The notes under the pieces: generated by a model
The model's input: the letters and a program-made list of their open reading frames with translations, nothing else
Told to the model about the DNA's origin: nothing
Database searches by the model: none
Program-made: the position numbers and the translations under genes
Assembly: GCA_020850315.1 (NCBI GenBank)
Contig: JADZEY010000089.1
Coordinates: 1,022 to 65,021, forward strand
Length of the DNA stretch: 64,000 nucleotides
Source: Armatimonadota bacterium
Lineage (GTDB): Bacteria > Bacteroidota > Ignavibacteria > OLB7
Direction of reading: 5' to 3'
Shown here: positions 1 through 9,617 of the stretch, piece after piece
Numbering within the stretch: the first letter of the stretch is position 1
Layout of the letters: each line of letters starts with the position of its first letter

Positions 1-277
1 TGGTTAATCCCGGAGCCATGATATTGTTTGCGGTAAACATCCGCCCGCCGGCGCGTCCGCTGGCTTCAAAAATGGCTGGTGTGATTCCTGCTTGTTGCAG
101 TTCCCAAGCTGCGTTTAATCCGGCCATGCCTGCGCCAATAATTGCCACGCGCACGCTGCTGCTGGTTGGGCGCAAGGTTCGGCAAGCGGGGATCATTGCG
201 CCAGCACCGATTGCAGCGGTTGCTATGCCCGCAGTTTTAATAAACTGGCGGCGTGTTTGCTGGAATTGGTGGCGCAT
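1..277 (-). CDS. FAD-dependent oxidoreductase (amine-oxidase-like Rossmann fold), N-terminal fragment with a Tat signal. The gene continues past the window start.
   Basis: The reverse-strand translation reads ...RRQFIKTAGIATAAIGAGA...VRVAIIGAGMAGLNAAWELQQAGI...GRAGGRMFT. This has a twin-arginine motif, a hydrophobic h-region, and a GxGxxG dinucleotide-binding motif followed by the GRxxGR signature. An ATG (complement) lies at 275-277. Confidence 0.6.
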   Translation of the reverse strand, partial: MRHQFQQTRRQFIKTAGIATAAIGAGAMIPACRTLRPTSSSVRVAIIGAGMAGLNAAWELQQAGITPAIFEASGRAGGRMFTANNIMAPGLT

Positions 278-472
278 TTCAAGTAATTCATCCGCTGGCG
301 GTGCATTTGGCGTTAGCGAGCTTGCAGCGGTGCGAATAATTCGACGCAGTAGATCGAATAGGGGAGTGTGAGCAGTTTTGGCAGCGGAGGAGCGGAGCAG
401 TTTTGGCATGGTTGATAGTCGAGGTTATTCCAAATAGAGTTGGGACAATGGGGGAATATTCGTGCGCCGATT

Positions 473-1474
473 TCACCACCCCATCGGATTATTGGTTGCT
501 GCAATTTCCTGCAACTGTTCGCGAAGGTAGCGGATCTCGCCACGCCAATATTCGCTGGTTCCCCAGCCGGCTGCAATTCGGGCAACGTTGGCATCGCGGG
601 CTTGGGCTACCAACCATGCCGTAAAATGGATATACCGCATTCCTCGCAACGCTTCGATCATCCGCAAGGTTCGGCGGTCGAACGTCCGAAATGTTTCGTA
701 GCCTTCAATAAATAGGTCAATTTCCAGCAGGGATGCACGGCTGTAGTCTGGCAGCAGCATCCAAAAATCCTGTACAACTGGGCCAATCGCCATGTCGTCG
801 AAATCAATCACGTAGAATGATTCGCCGGGGCGATGCACGATATTCCCACGGTGTAAATCACCATGGATGCGAATCGCTTCGGCCCCCCGAAACAGTGGCG
901 TTGCCGCCGCAATAATTTCTTCGGCTGCCAACTGATATTCGCGGTGAAACGATTGTGGAAGCAACCCGCTGTTCAGAATCATGGCCAAATGCTTCCCGGT
1001 TGATTCCGTTGGGGAAATGGTGATGCGGTCGCGTGGGGGGTGCATTGCTCCAACGCGGTGAATCCGCGCAATTAATCGCCCAAATTCTTCCCATTGCTCA
1101 TCTTGAAATTCATCACAAGCCCGGCCAAGCCGTTTGGGAAATAGTGCAAAAAGAATTCCATCGGCTTCGCCAAGTGTGTTCCCATTTTCCAGAAGCAATG
1201 GCGGAACAACAGGAATTTCACGCTCGGCTAACTCACCCAGAAACTCATGCTCGTCCAGCAACGCTGCATGGCTCCAGCGGCCTGGGCGATAAAATTTTGC
1301 GATGATCCCTTCGCGCTCCTCCGTCTGAAGCTCGAACACACGATTGATGTAGCTGTTCAGCGGGCGGCAGATTGAGCTAAGGGGGCGGCCAAGCGCGGTT
1401 TCGGCATAGCCAAGCACGTGGTCGGGGGTAAGGCCGCTGAAATCGGCTGCGGGGCTGGTGGTTTTGTTGTTCAT
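473..1474 (-). CDS. Protein kinase-like (APH/SrkA-YihE family) stress-response Ser/Thr kinase homologue
   Basis: The 389-aa ORF was trimmed to the internal Met (MNNKTT..., 334 aa). It carries the catalytic motifs IHGDLHRGNI and VIDFDD, typical of the SrkA/RdoA and aminoglycoside phosphotransferase fold. Confidence 0.7.
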   Translation of the reverse strand: MNNKTTSPAADFSGLTPDHVLGYAETALGRPLSSICRPLNSYINRVFELQTEEREGIIAKFYRPGRWSHAALLDEHEFLGELAEREIPVVPPLLLENGNTLGEADGILFALFPKRLGRACDEFQDEQWEEFGRLIARIHRVGAMHPPRDRITISPTESTGKHLAMILNSGLLPQSFHREYQLAAEEIIAAATPLFRGAEAIRIHGDLHRGNIVHRPGESFYVIDFDDMAIGPVVQDFWMLLPDYSRASLLEIDLFIEGYETFRTFDRRTLRMIEALRGMRYIHFTAWLVAQARDANVARIAAGWGTSEYWRGEIRYLREQLQEIAATNNPMGW

Positions 1475-1587
1475 GCTGTGAAGATATGGCGCGAAACTCT
1501 GGTAATGAAGCAACTGAATCGGCAAGGGGAATGTTGTACTTTTGCGGAACACTATCGGGATCAACAAAACCTGCCGTAGGTACCTCC

Positions 1588-2022
1588 ATGAATTACCAAA
1601 AAATGCTACCGATTCCCTTGCTGCTGTGTGCCATGGTGGCAATCGCAGCCCCCACCGCAGCCCGCGCCGCTGGGGAATATCACATCACCCGCGACACCGC
1701 GCTGGCTTCGCTGAAAAGCTCCATCCGCCAAGCGATCAGTATGATAGAGGCAAAGGAGTACGTTCCATTTTTGCAGCGGTTTGTCCGGCCAGCGGATATG
1801 GAGGCGTTGCTGAACGATTGCGAAACGCTGGAGCAGTGTGCCGAACAGTTTGCCATGGAGAAAGCGGAGATACTGTTGCAGGTTCTGAAGAAAACGAAAA
1901 ACCGGAAACCAAGAATGAATCGGAAGGCAAGCACCGCAACGTTCACGATCCCGAGTCCAGGGGAAGGGAAAACGAGCATTACTTGGGAGCAGGTTCAGGG
2001 GGTGTGGTACATCAGAAATTAG
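1588..2022 (+). CDS. Hypothetical secreted protein
   Basis: The ORF 1486..2022 was trimmed to the ATG at 1588 (MNYQKMLPIPLLLCAMVAIAAPTAARA), a classic signal peptide. I recognise no family. Confidence 0.45.
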   Translation: MNYQKMLPIPLLLCAMVAIAAPTAARAAGEYHITRDTALASLKSSIRQAISMIEAKEYVPFLQRFVRPADMEALLNDCETLEQCAEQFAMEKAEILLQVLKKTKNRKPRMNRKASTATFTIPSPGEGKTSITWEQVQGVWYIRN

Positions 2023-2053
2023 GAGCTGCGGCAAGCGATACCGTAGCCAAAGT

Positions 2054-2734
2054 TCAGTATGCCACGATTGCAGCAACCTCCGTTCCGCCAATCGCAGCAA
2101 GCAGGCCCCACATTAGCAATCCGAATGTTAGCGGAATTGTGAAATTGTCGTCAACGTTGATGCCGTAGCTCATGGCCTCGGCAATGGCGGCGGCAACCGA
2201 GCAGAGAATGCCAACATAGATGAACGATGCTGGGGCCTGATACACCTGCGCAGCAATCAGCACCACGCCGATTGCTGTCACCACAAACGCCAACGATCCT
2301 TCCAGGCTTTTCTCCAAAAATTTATGCCGCCCAAAGGGTCTGCCGATCAGCGCGCCAGCGGTGTCGCTGATAATCAGCACGGTGAAGGCGGTGATTGCAA
2401 TCACTTTGGGGAACAGTGCCACGCACAGCGCTGCCGAGACCAACACAAACGTTGCGCCGTTCATTTTTCGTTTTTTCGAGGCTTGCTCATGCGGGCGAAG
2501 GATTGCCCCGAACAGCCGCCCGAACCAGGCATCGAATGCCGCCGAGCGGAATCGTAGAATATCTATCACCAACGCCAGTAACGCTGCGGGAATCAGCAGA
2601 AGCAGCATCTCGCCACGGGTAAGGTGGTGGTAAATCAGCGGAACGCTCATCGAGCAAAGGTGAATTCCTTTCCGCACAAACTCACCACGCATGGTGATTT
2701 GCGTGGGCTGTGCTGTTGCTGAATCGTCTGCCAT
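2054..2734 (-). CDS. CTP-transferase-1 superfamily membrane protein (CdsA / dolichol-phytol kinase-like)
   Basis: Trimmed to MADDSATAQ... (227 aa). It is predicted to span the membrane several times and carries the C-terminal signature ISDTAGALIGRPFGRHKFLEKSLEGS, matching the SDxxAYxxGxxFGKHK motif of phosphatidate cytidylyltransferase and polyprenol kinases. Confidence 0.55.
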   Translation of the reverse strand: MADDSATAQPTQITMRGEFVRKGIHLCSMSVPLIYHHLTRGEMLLLLIPAALLALVIDILRFRSAAFDAWFGRLFGAILRPHEQASKKRKMNGATFVLVSAALCVALFPKVIAITAFTVLIISDTAGALIGRPFGRHKFLEKSLEGSLAFVVTAIGVVLIAAQVYQAPASFIYVGILCSVAAAIAEAMSYGINVDDNFTIPLTFGLLMWGLLAAIGGTEVAAIVAY

Positions 2735-2864
2735 GAAGTTGCTGGGAGTCGGTCTGGAGTATCTAATGAATAGGAGGGAAGGCGGCACACCAGATTTCAT
2801 TTCTGGAAGGAATTGATTCTGCAGAGGTGCGGCACCGTTGCCCAAAACGTGGCCCAAGATAGCC

Positions 2865-2910
2865 AAACCGCCCGCTTCGGCGATTATGCCAAGCGGGCGG
2901 TTTGTTTTTT
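2865..2910. terminator. Rho-independent terminator hairpin in the gap downstream of ftsH
   Basis: The inverted repeat AAACCGCCCGCTT ... AAGCGGGCGGTTT is followed by TTTGTTTTTT on the plus strand. It sits just 3' of the ftsH stop (minus strand), so it may act bidirectionally. Confidence 0.55.
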
Positions 2911-2962
2911 GCTCTGGTTGTTCACTCTGGTTGTTCACTGCAGGCGGTTGCTGCGGCTTCTA

Positions 2963-5056
2963 TCAGCTTCCGGCGCTGATATCAGCATGGCGTTCCTCAC
3001 CTGCGGCGGTGTTCGATCCGATTGCTGTCGGTTGCGAAGCTGGTTCGCTGGCTCGGCTTCGGGTTCCGTTGGTTGGGTTTCCGCCGGCCATGCGTGCTTG
3101 CAGCATCCGTTTTACCTCAACTGGTGCCAATTCTTCGCCCCGCATCACTTGGTCAATTTCGTCGGCATCCAGGGTCTCGCGCTCAATCAGCAACTGCGAC
3201 ATCCGGTGCAGAATATCAATGTGTTCTTTCAAGATTCTGATTGCTGTGTGCATCCCTTCGTCAATGATGCGGCGGACTTCTTGGTCAATCATCTCGGCGG
3301 TGGATTCGCTTAAATCTTTGTGGACGGCGAAATCGCGCCCCAAGAAGACTTCCCCTTCGCTGGAGGAGTAGTTCACCGGACCAAGTTTTTCGGACATTCC
3401 AAGCTCGCACACCATCTGGCGGGCCATTTGGGTGATGACTTTGATATCCCCCTGCGCCCCCGATGTGTAGTTGCCAAAGATCAGCAGTTCGGCAGCGCGC
3501 CCGCCAAGCGCCATTGCAATTCGCGCCTCGAACCACTCGCGCGAGCGGGAGTGTTGGTCGTCGTTTGGCAGGAAAGCCGTTACGCCCAGGGCCCGGCCAC
3601 GCGGGATGATGGTCACTTTATGAAGCGGGTCGCCATGTGGCATGAACTTGCCAACAATCACGTGGCCCGATTCGTGGTAGGCGGTCATTTTCTTCTCTTC
3701 CTCGCTCATCACCATTGTGCGGCGTTCAAGGCCCATCATCAGCTTATCCTTTGCCATTTCGAAATCGTACATCGTCACGCGGTCGCCATTGCGGCGTGCG
3801 GCGTAGATGGCGGCTTCGTTGCACAGGTTGGCGATGTCGGCCCCGCTGAAACCAGGGGTTGATTTTGCAAGAGCAACAAGGTCAACGTTTTCGGCAAGGG
3901 GGATATTCCGGGAGTGGACTTTCAGGATTGCCTCGCGGCCACGGCGGTCGGGGCGGTCCACCACAATTTGGCGGTCGAATCGCCCCGGGCGCAGCAATGC
4001 GGGATCAAGAACGTCGGGGCGGTTGGTGGCGGCGATAATGATGACCCCGGTGTTCTGCTCGAACCCGTCCATTTCCACTAACAGTGCGTTCAGCGTCTGC
4101 TCACGTTCGTCGTGTCCGCCCCCCAGCCCTGCGCCACGTTGGCGGCCCACGGCATCAATTTCATCAATAAAGACGATGGCCGGCGCAACCTTCTTTGCCT
4201 GCTCGAACAAATCGCGAACGCGGCTTGCGCCAACGCCCACAAACATCTCCACAAAGTCAGCACCGGAGATGGAAAGGAACTGCACGCCAGCTTCGCCGGC
4301 AACAGCGCGGGCCATCAAGGTTTTTCCGGTTCCGGGGGGGCCAAGCAGAAGAACGCCACGTGGGATTTTTCCGCCAAGCCGTTGGAACTTTGCTGGTTCG
4401 CGAAGGAACTCCACAATTTCCTGAAGTTCTTCTTTTGCTTCATCGGCCCCGGCAACATCGGCAAACATGACGCGGGGTGAGTTTTCGCTCATCGTCCGGG
4501 CGCGCGATTTTCCGAAGGAGAAGATGCCTTTGGTTCCGGTGCCTTGCATCCGGCGCATTGCCCACACGAAAATGAAGATCAGGGCAACCCAGGGGAGGAA
4601 GGAGAAGAGGATCGTCCAGAGCGTACCGCTGTCGGATTCAACGTTGTATTTAATTCCGTTCTGAACCCAGGCTTGTTCGATTTCGCGATCCACCACAATC
4701 AGCCGTGTGGTGAAGGCTTTGGTTTTGATCTTGGCTCCATCTTTCCGTTCCACTTCGGTGATTTCCTTCAGGTCGCCACGGAACTCGTAGCCGCTTAGCT
4801 CGGACCCGACCACTTCGGCGCGGTCAATTTTGCTTTCGGTAAGCAGGCGTTGGTACTCGTTGAAGTTGACGGCAACGGGCTGGCCGGGGCCATTTTTCAG
4901 GATCATGTACAGGACAAGGAATCCGACGATGATTCCCATCCACATCGTCACGGTGCGCACAACGCTGCCGACATTTCCTTCGTCGTCGCCGTTCGGTTTC
5001 CGTGATGGCCGCGGTGGCCGGTTTGCTGGCTTCCGCTGGTTGCTATCGTTGCTCAT
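2963..5056 (-). CDS. ftsH: ATP-dependent zinc metalloprotease FtsH
   Basis: The sequence has a TM region, the AAA module ([20 protein letters not shown], Walker [15 protein letters not shown]) and the HEAGH-type zinc protease motif (HESGHVIVG). The start was trimmed from 5305 to the internal Met at 5056 (MSNDSNQRK...) to remove an unsupported N-terminal extension. Confidence 0.9.
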   Translation of the reverse strand: MSNDSNQRKPANRPPRPSRKPNGDDEGNVGSVVRTVTMWMGIIVGFLVLYMILKNGPGQPVAVNFNEYQRLLTESKIDRAEVVGSELSGYEFRGDLKEITEVERKDGAKIKTKAFTTRLIVVDREIEQAWVQNGIKYNVESDSGTLWTILFSFLPWVALIFIFVWAMRRMQGTGTKGIFSFGKSRARTMSENSPRVMFADVAGADEAKEELQEIVEFLREPAKFQRLGGKIPRGVLLLGPPGTGKTLMARAVAGEAGVQFLSISGADFVEMFVGVGASRVRDLFEQAKKVAPAIVFIDEIDAVGRQRGAGLGGGHDEREQTLNALLVEMDGFEQNTGVIIIAATNRPDVLDPALLRPGRFDRQIVVDRPDRRGREAILKVHSRNIPLAENVDLVALAKSTPGFSGADIANLCNEAAIYAARRNGDRVTMYDFEMAKDKLMMGLERRTMVMSEEEKKMTAYHESGHVIVGKFMPHGDPLHKVTIIPRGRALGVTAFLPNDDQHSRSREWFEARIAMALGGRAAELLIFGNYTSGAQGDIKVITQMARQMVCELGMSEKLGPVNYSSSEGEVFLGRDFAVHKDLSESTAEMIDQEVRRIIDEGMHTAIRILKEHIDILHRMSQLLIERETLDADEIDQVMRGEELAPVEVKRMLQARMAGGNPTNGTRSRASEPASQPTAIGSNTAAGEERHADISAGS

Positions 5057-5087
5057 TGGTTGTGAGTGTGATTGCTCTAAAGTGTCG

Positions 5088-5651
5088 TTATGAAAAATCG
5101 TTTGCTGGTTGATAAAGAGCCACGGGATGCTGTTGTTGCGGTGGTGGTTCTTTGTCATCAAGGGCGTAGATGGCCGGAAGGTTTCTCCCTTGCTGCGCGA
5201 AATCAAGCCCGAACCCGACCACGAAGCTATCGGGGATTTCGATGCCGACGAACTCCGGTGGGATATTGCTCCGGAAGGCTTCCGGCTTGAACAGCAGTAC
5301 CGCAACCGCCACCGAAGCCGCCCCTTGCTGGGTTAGATATTCCCGAATTCGAGCAGAGGTTAGCCCGCTATCCACGATGTCTTCAACCACTATGACGTTT
5401 CTTCCGTGGATTTCAGTGCTGGGATAGGCTGTAAAAGTTAATGCCCCGGAAGATTGCATCCCTTGCCCGTAGCTGCTTACCCTGATGTAGTCAACCGAAA
5501 GTGGAATCGGCATCCCCCGGATAAGATCGGCGTGGAAGATTGCTGCTCCGTTCAGCACACACAGCATCAGCGGGTTCTTCTGGCGGTAATCTTCGGTAAG
5601 CTGAACGGCAATGCGGCGTATCTGCTGGCATAGTTCCTGGTTGGAGATCAT
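5088..5651 (-). CDS. hpt: Hypoxanthine-guanine phosphoribosyltransferase
   Basis: The PRPP-binding motif [13 protein letters not shown] is present. The gene lies in the conserved position between tilS and ftsH. The start was trimmed to [10 protein letters not shown]... (ATG complement at 5649-5651). Confidence 0.85.
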   Translation of the reverse strand: MISNQELCQQIRRIAVQLTEDYRQKNPLMLCVLNGAAIFHADLIRGMPIPLSVDYIRVSSYGQGMQSSGALTFTAYPSTEIHGRNVIVVEDIVDSGLTSARIREYLTQQGAASVAVAVLLFKPEAFRSNIPPEFVGIEIPDSFVVGFGLDFAQQGRNLPAIYALDDKEPPPQQQHPVALYQPANDFS

Positions 5652-5682
5652 CAGCCTGAACCACCGCCCGCCAACGTTGACT

Positions 5683-8241
5683 CTATCGCTCACTTGTTCC
5701 CTCATCTTCGCCCTTGTGGCCCGCTGCGGTGGGGGGCTTGGGCGTTGCTGCTTTCCGTGTGGCTGTGCGCTTTGGCTGTGCTGGCGCGCTGCTTTGTGCG
5801 CTCTCCTCCACCTGTGGCTTGCTTGCTTTGGATGCCGTAGCTGCGGCCTTTTTTGCGGGGCGTTTGGCTGCTGGCTTGGGTTGTGCTTGTTCGGCCACTT
5901 CTGCTTTTACTGTTGGTGCCGCCGATTTTTTTGCCGCAGCTTTTTTAGCTGCTGCGGTTGTGGCTGGCAGCACAACGGCTGGTGTGCCCACGGTAGCCGC
6001 AGCCGCCGGAGGTGGGGAAGCGGGTGAGATAGATGGAGTTTTCATTGCTGGCCGATTTGCTGCCCCGACAGGCTCCGTTGGCGTTGGCTGTGCTATCGGG
6101 TTAGCTGGTCGCTGCTCTGCTGCTGCTGGCCGTTGTTGGCCGGGTTGCTCAGTTGGCCGTGGGTGCTGTTGTGCAGGTTGCTGCCGCTGATTCCCTTGCG
6201 GCTTGGCTTGCGCTGATCCAGATTGCTGGGTTGGCCGCTGTTGCTGCTGGCTACCCTGCTGTGGCCGCTGCTGTTGCTGTGCGGGTTGCTGGCGTTGCGG
6301 CTGATTTCCTTGTGGCTGCTTGGCTTGGGTTGATCCAGATTGCTGAGTTGGCCGCTGTTGCTGCGGCTGGCTACCCTGCGGTTGCTGTGGCCGCTGCTGC
6401 TGCTGTGCGGGTTGCTGGCGTTGCGGCTGATTTCCTTGCGGCTTGGCTTGGGTTGATCCAGATTGCTGAGTTGGCCGCTGTTGCTGCGGCTGGCTACCCT
6501 GTGGTTGCTGGGAGCGTGGCTGCTGCTGCTGGCTTCCTTGTGGGGTGGTCTGGGCAGTTCCGGCTGGCTGCTGTGGTCGCTGCTGGTTTCCCTGCTGTGG
6601 CTTCGGCTGTTGTTGTTGGGGTTGATTCCCTTGCGGCTTGGCTTGGGCTGTTCCTGTTGGTTGTTGCTGTTTTTGTCCCCCCTGCTGGCCGCGTTGTTGG
6701 GGTTGGTTTGCGGGCTTTGGTTGCTGTTGGGGCTTCTGCCCGTTGGTGGATTGCTGCCCGTTTGCTTGTTGCTGTGCGTTGGCTGGTTTTGCTTGCTCGG
6801 GCTGGCGGCGTAGCTGGATGAACTCAATCCGCAGCACATTTTTGGTCTCGGGGGTGATGCGATAGCGTTCGTCAAGCCTCATGCCGCATACCCAGATGAT
6901 GGTTTGGTCATCGGCCAGCACCAGCACGTCGCGCTTGGCATCCAACGCTATTTTTTCGTCAATCAGGAAATCGCTGATCTTTTTCTCACCATTCATCCCC
7001 AACGGCTGGAAGCGATCACCTTCGCGCCAGGAGCGCAAGGTTAATTTTTTCGGCAGACGGTCGGCATCAATAAACTCTATCGAGCGGTTGTTATTGAATT
7101 GGATATTGTTGTTTTTCATCCGTCGGGTTACCAGCCGCGCTTTCCCTGTCTCGGTGGTTGTTCCGGTGTCGAAACTCCGCTCGAACGGAATAAACGGCGG
7201 TGGATCGCGCCGGATCACCAACGTTTCGCGGTCGCGCAGGGCACTAATTCCATCAACGATTTCTGCTTTGCTTCCGGTTTCTTTCCAAACCAACCCCATT
7301 GTGCGTTCCACAGCCGAGTGTGGGATTGGTGGAAGCTCGAACCGTTGGCACACCACCCGCTGCACCAGCTCCGATTGAATTGCTGGCAGCAGGTGTTTTA
7401 GTTGGTTCAGGTTCAGCTCAACAACATCGTTGCTGCGTGGTTCGTTGTTGCGCGATGCTGTCACCTGCTCGATGGCGGTTCGGACCGAGTGGCCCAGGTG
7501 CTGCTCAACGCCCCGCATGATGTCGGCAGTGGAGTTCAGCGTGCTGACAATGCTTGGGTTGAACTGCTGCAACGCCGGCAGCAGTTCTTGGCGGACGCGA
7601 TTGCGGAGGAACCGTGTGTTCTGGTTGGACTCATCCTCGCGCCATTGAATCCCTGCTTGCTGCACAAATTCCCGAATTTCACTTCTTCCGGCCCAGAGCA
7701 ACGGGCGGGCAAGGATCAGCCCACGCCCCAACGAGCGGACGGGGGGGATTCCGGCAAGCCCGGTAACGCCGCTTCCGCGAAGCAGGTTCATCAACAACGT
7801 CTCGGCGTTGTCGTCGGCGGTGTGGCCTGTTAGTATAATGGAGTATCCGTGGCGGCGGGCAACGCGCTCCAGAAATTGGTATCGGGCTTTGCGTGCGGCA
7901 TCTTCCAGCGAAAGTTTTTGCTCGGTAGCAAGGCGTTGGACTTCGGCCCGTCCGATAAAAATTTTCAATCCCCGCTCGCGTGCTTGCTCGTTGACGAACG
8001 CGGCATCCTTGCGCGATTCCTCGCCGCGCAATTCGTGGTCAAAGTGGGCAATGCCAACCTGAAGTTTCAGCAGGGGAGCAAGCCGCGAGACCATTTCCAG
8101 CAGTGCCATGGAGTCGGCACCGCCGCTAACGGCAATCAGCACCGATTCTTTTCCAAGCAGCATATCGTGCTTGCGAACGTAGGCCCGCATTTTCTGCTGG
8201 CATTTCTCAACAAACGTAGATGTTAGAATCATAAGCCGCAC
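5683..8241 (-). CDS. tilS: tRNA(Ile)-lysidine synthetase TilS fused to a ~390-aa low-complexity C-terminal extension. The extension has Gln/Pro-rich tandem repeats followed by a Lys/Ala-rich basic tail.
   Basis: The N-terminal ~460 aa have the PP-loop SGGADS, the HFDHELRGEES... region and a TilS C-terminal domain ending ...RIEFIQL. The same frame then continues without a stop through ~41-aa repeats (QQRPTQQSGSTQAKPQGNQPQRQQPAQQQQRPQQPQGSQPQ), a short Pro/Ala-rich segment, and an AAKKAAAKKSAAPTVK...KRPAKKAAATASK tail. The start is GTG at 8241 or ATG at 8232. Confidence 0.75.
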   Translation of the reverse strand: MRLMILTSTFVEKCQQKMRAYVRKHDMLLGKESVLIAVSGGADSMALLEMVSRLAPLLKLQVGIAHFDHELRGEESRKDAAFVNEQARERGLKIFIGRAEVQRLATEQKLSLEDAARKARYQFLERVARRHGYSIILTGHTADDNAETLLMNLLRGSGVTGLAGIPPVRSLGRGLILARPLLWAGRSEIREFVQQAGIQWREDESNQNTRFLRNRVRQELLPALQQFNPSIVSTLNSTADIMRGVEQHLGHSVRTAIEQVTASRNNEPRSNDVVELNLNQLKHLLPAIQSELVQRVVCQRFELPPIPHSAVERTMGLVWKETGSKAEIVDGISALRDRETLVIRRDPPPFIPFERSFDTGTTTETGKARLVTRRMKNNNIQFNNNRSIEFIDADRLPKKLTLRSWREGDRFQPLGMNGEKKISDFLIDEKIALDAKRDVLVLADDQTIIWVCGMRLDERYRITPETKNVLRIEFIQLRRQPEQAKPANAQQQANGQQSTNGQKPQQQPKPANQPQQRGQQGGQKQQQPTGTAQAKPQGNQPQQQQPKPQQGNQQRPQQPAGTAQTTPQGSQQQQPRSQQPQGSQPQQQRPTQQSGSTQAKPQGNQPQRQQPAQQQQRPQQPQGSQPQQQRPTQQSGSTQAKQPQGNQPQRQQPAQQQQRPQQGSQQQQRPTQQSGSAQAKPQGNQRQQPAQQHPRPTEQPGQQRPAAAEQRPANPIAQPTPTEPVGAANRPAMKTPSISPASPPPAAAATVGTPAVVLPATTAAAKKAAAKKSAAPTVKAEVAEQAQPKPAAKRPAKKAAATASKASKPQVEESAQSSAPAQPKRTATRKAATPKPPTAAGHKGEDEGTSER
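6150..6570. repeat. Tandem direct repeat of about 3.3 near-identical copies, period 117-123 bp, inside the tilS 3' extension
   Basis: Repeat units begin at about 6202, 6319 and 6442 with CTTGGCTTGGGTTGATCCAGATTGCTGAGTTGGCCGCTGTTGCTGCGGCTGGCTACCCTG.... The first copy has a 6-bp deletion. The repeats are in frame, so the protein repeats are 39-41 aa long. Confidence 0.85.
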
Positions 8242-8521
8242 AATTTAGCCATAGCGTACCGAAGAGCGGCACAGAGAATTGGTGAAGGGAAATATCAACG
8301 CTTCGGGTAGCAAGCGCAGTGGGGGCAAACAGGCCATACAGTATCGGGACAAATTGGGGGAGGGGGAGCGGACATATGATCTTGTAAAAAAAATTGTTAG
8401 CGCGTTGCTTCGGTTGTGAGAACGGTGTGTTACGCCCTATCTTTGCCGTCCTTATTACAACGTTGGAACCAATCATACTGCCTTTTGGCAGGGAGAATCA
8501 GCAGTGTTACAGCCGGAAAAA

Positions 8522-8956
8522 ATGACAGTCTCGGCCCGTGAGGCCGATGTCGAGAAACAGTGGTGGGTGGTGGATGCCGAGGGGCAGACCCTGGGTCGCC
8601 TTGCTTCGCAGATTGCCCACATCCTTCGCGGCAAGCATAAGCCGCTTTTTACGCCGCACGTTGATTGTGGTGACTTCGTCATCGTGGTCAATGCCGATAA
8701 GGTGCAGATTGCACAACGCCGTGCCGAGCAGAAAGTGTACATCCACCACACCGGGTTTCCGGGTGGGCAACGCATCCGCCCGTACAAGCAGATGTTGCAG
8801 AACAATCCGGAGGAGATCATCGAGATCGCCGTCCGCCGGATGATTCCCCGCAACCGGCTTGGAAAGCGGATTATGACCAAGCTGCGCGTTTATACCGGTG
8901 GCGACCACCCACACTCCGCACAGAAGCCAGAAGCACTAGAACTGAAATACAAGTAA
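8522..8956 (+). CDS. rplM: 50S ribosomal protein L13
   Basis: MTVSAREADVEKQWWVVDAEGQTLGRLASQIAHILRGKHK aligns with the E. coli L13 N-terminus. The ORF begins with GTG at 8504, but the ATG at 8522 matches the canonical start. Confidence 0.9.
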   Translation: MTVSAREADVEKQWWVVDAEGQTLGRLASQIAHILRGKHKPLFTPHVDCGDFVIVVNADKVQIAQRRAEQKVYIHHTGFPGGQRIRPYKQMLQNNPEEIIEIAVRRMIPRNRLGKRIMTKLRVYTGGDHPHSAQKPEALELKYK

Positions 8957-8973
8957 TCCCAGCATAGCTACCA

Positions 8974-9360
8974 ATGCCGAATTCAATCAACGTCGGACGG
9001 CGCAAAAATGCTGTTGCACGGGTGTACCTTACCCCGGGCAACGGCAACGTCACCGTGAACAACCGCGAGCTTATCAACTACTTCTCCGATCCTTTCGACC
9101 GCCAAACCATCATGTCACCATTGGTGGCTGTGGAGATGGTTGATCGTTTCGATGTCCATGCCAACGTCAACGGCGGCGGGCGCGCCGGCCAAGCGGGTGC
9201 TATTCGTTTGGGCATTGCCCGCGCCCTTGTGGAGATTGACGAAACGCTGAAATCCCCGCTTCGCAAAGGGGGCCACATGACCCGCGACCCACGCATGGTG
9301 GAGCGGAAGAAGTACGGCCAGAAGAAGGCCCGCAAACGCTTCCAGTTCAGCAAGCGTTAA
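8974..9360 (+). CDS. rpsI: 30S ribosomal protein S9
   Basis: It has the S9 signature ...GGGRAGQAGAIRLGIARAL... and the C-terminal KKYGQKKARKRFQFSKR. It lies immediately downstream of rplM. Confidence 0.92.
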   Translation: MPNSINVGRRKNAVARVYLTPGNGNVTVNNRELINYFSDPFDRQTIMSPLVAVEMVDRFDVHANVNGGGRAGQAGAIRLGIARALVEIDETLKSPLRKGGHMTRDPRMVERKKYGQKKARKRFQFSKR

Positions 9361-9617
9361 TCCGCCCAGAAGGTTCCAACAGTTTGAACCAGGCAGAGGG
9401 TGCTTCACCGATGGATGGTGTGTGCCGCTGCCTGGTTCGTTGTTGTAGCCGAAACTTGGTGGCCAGAGAATCTATTGATTCAGCTGACCAGGAACATCAG
9501 ACGACTTTTCATCACACATACCCTTCGATCCCCTGTGTGTGTTCCGCTTGGGCGGGATAGGCAGGGTGAGATGACAAGGGTAGAGGTTGCATCAATAACA
9601 CAAACCAAACAAACACC

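Noticed and set aside
2963-5305. The 780-aa version of ftsH starting at 5305. Similar long N-terminal ORF extensions exist for the BshA-like gene (to 33308), the LuxR gene (to 19655), the STAND regulator (from 13163), glnA (to 26234), hpt (to 5705), etfB (from 35649) and ruvB (from 38252).
   Set aside because: The extensions lack family-conserved sequence and overlap upstream genes or promoters. Internal Met codons coincide with the canonical family N-termini, so the shorter models were reported.
6150-6570. A possible CRISPR array, given the regularly spaced repeats
   Set aside because: The units are contiguous, with no unique spacers. They are in frame within a continuous ORF and encode a Gln/Pro-rich peptide repeat. 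No cas genes are nearby.
5714-6875. Long plus-strand ORFs (5714..6190, 6153..6821, 6463..6813) and the minus-frame ORF 6093..6875, all rich in Ala/Leu/Trp or Ser/Asn
   Set aside because: These are alternative-frame shadows of the Gln/Pro-coding tandem repeats in the tilS extension. They have no independent start context. The repeat periodicity belongs to the tilS frame.
8207-8476. 89-aa minus-strand ORF in the tilS-rplM divergent intergenic region
   Set aside because: It has no homologous signal. It overlaps the tilS start and the likely promoters, so it is probably spurious.
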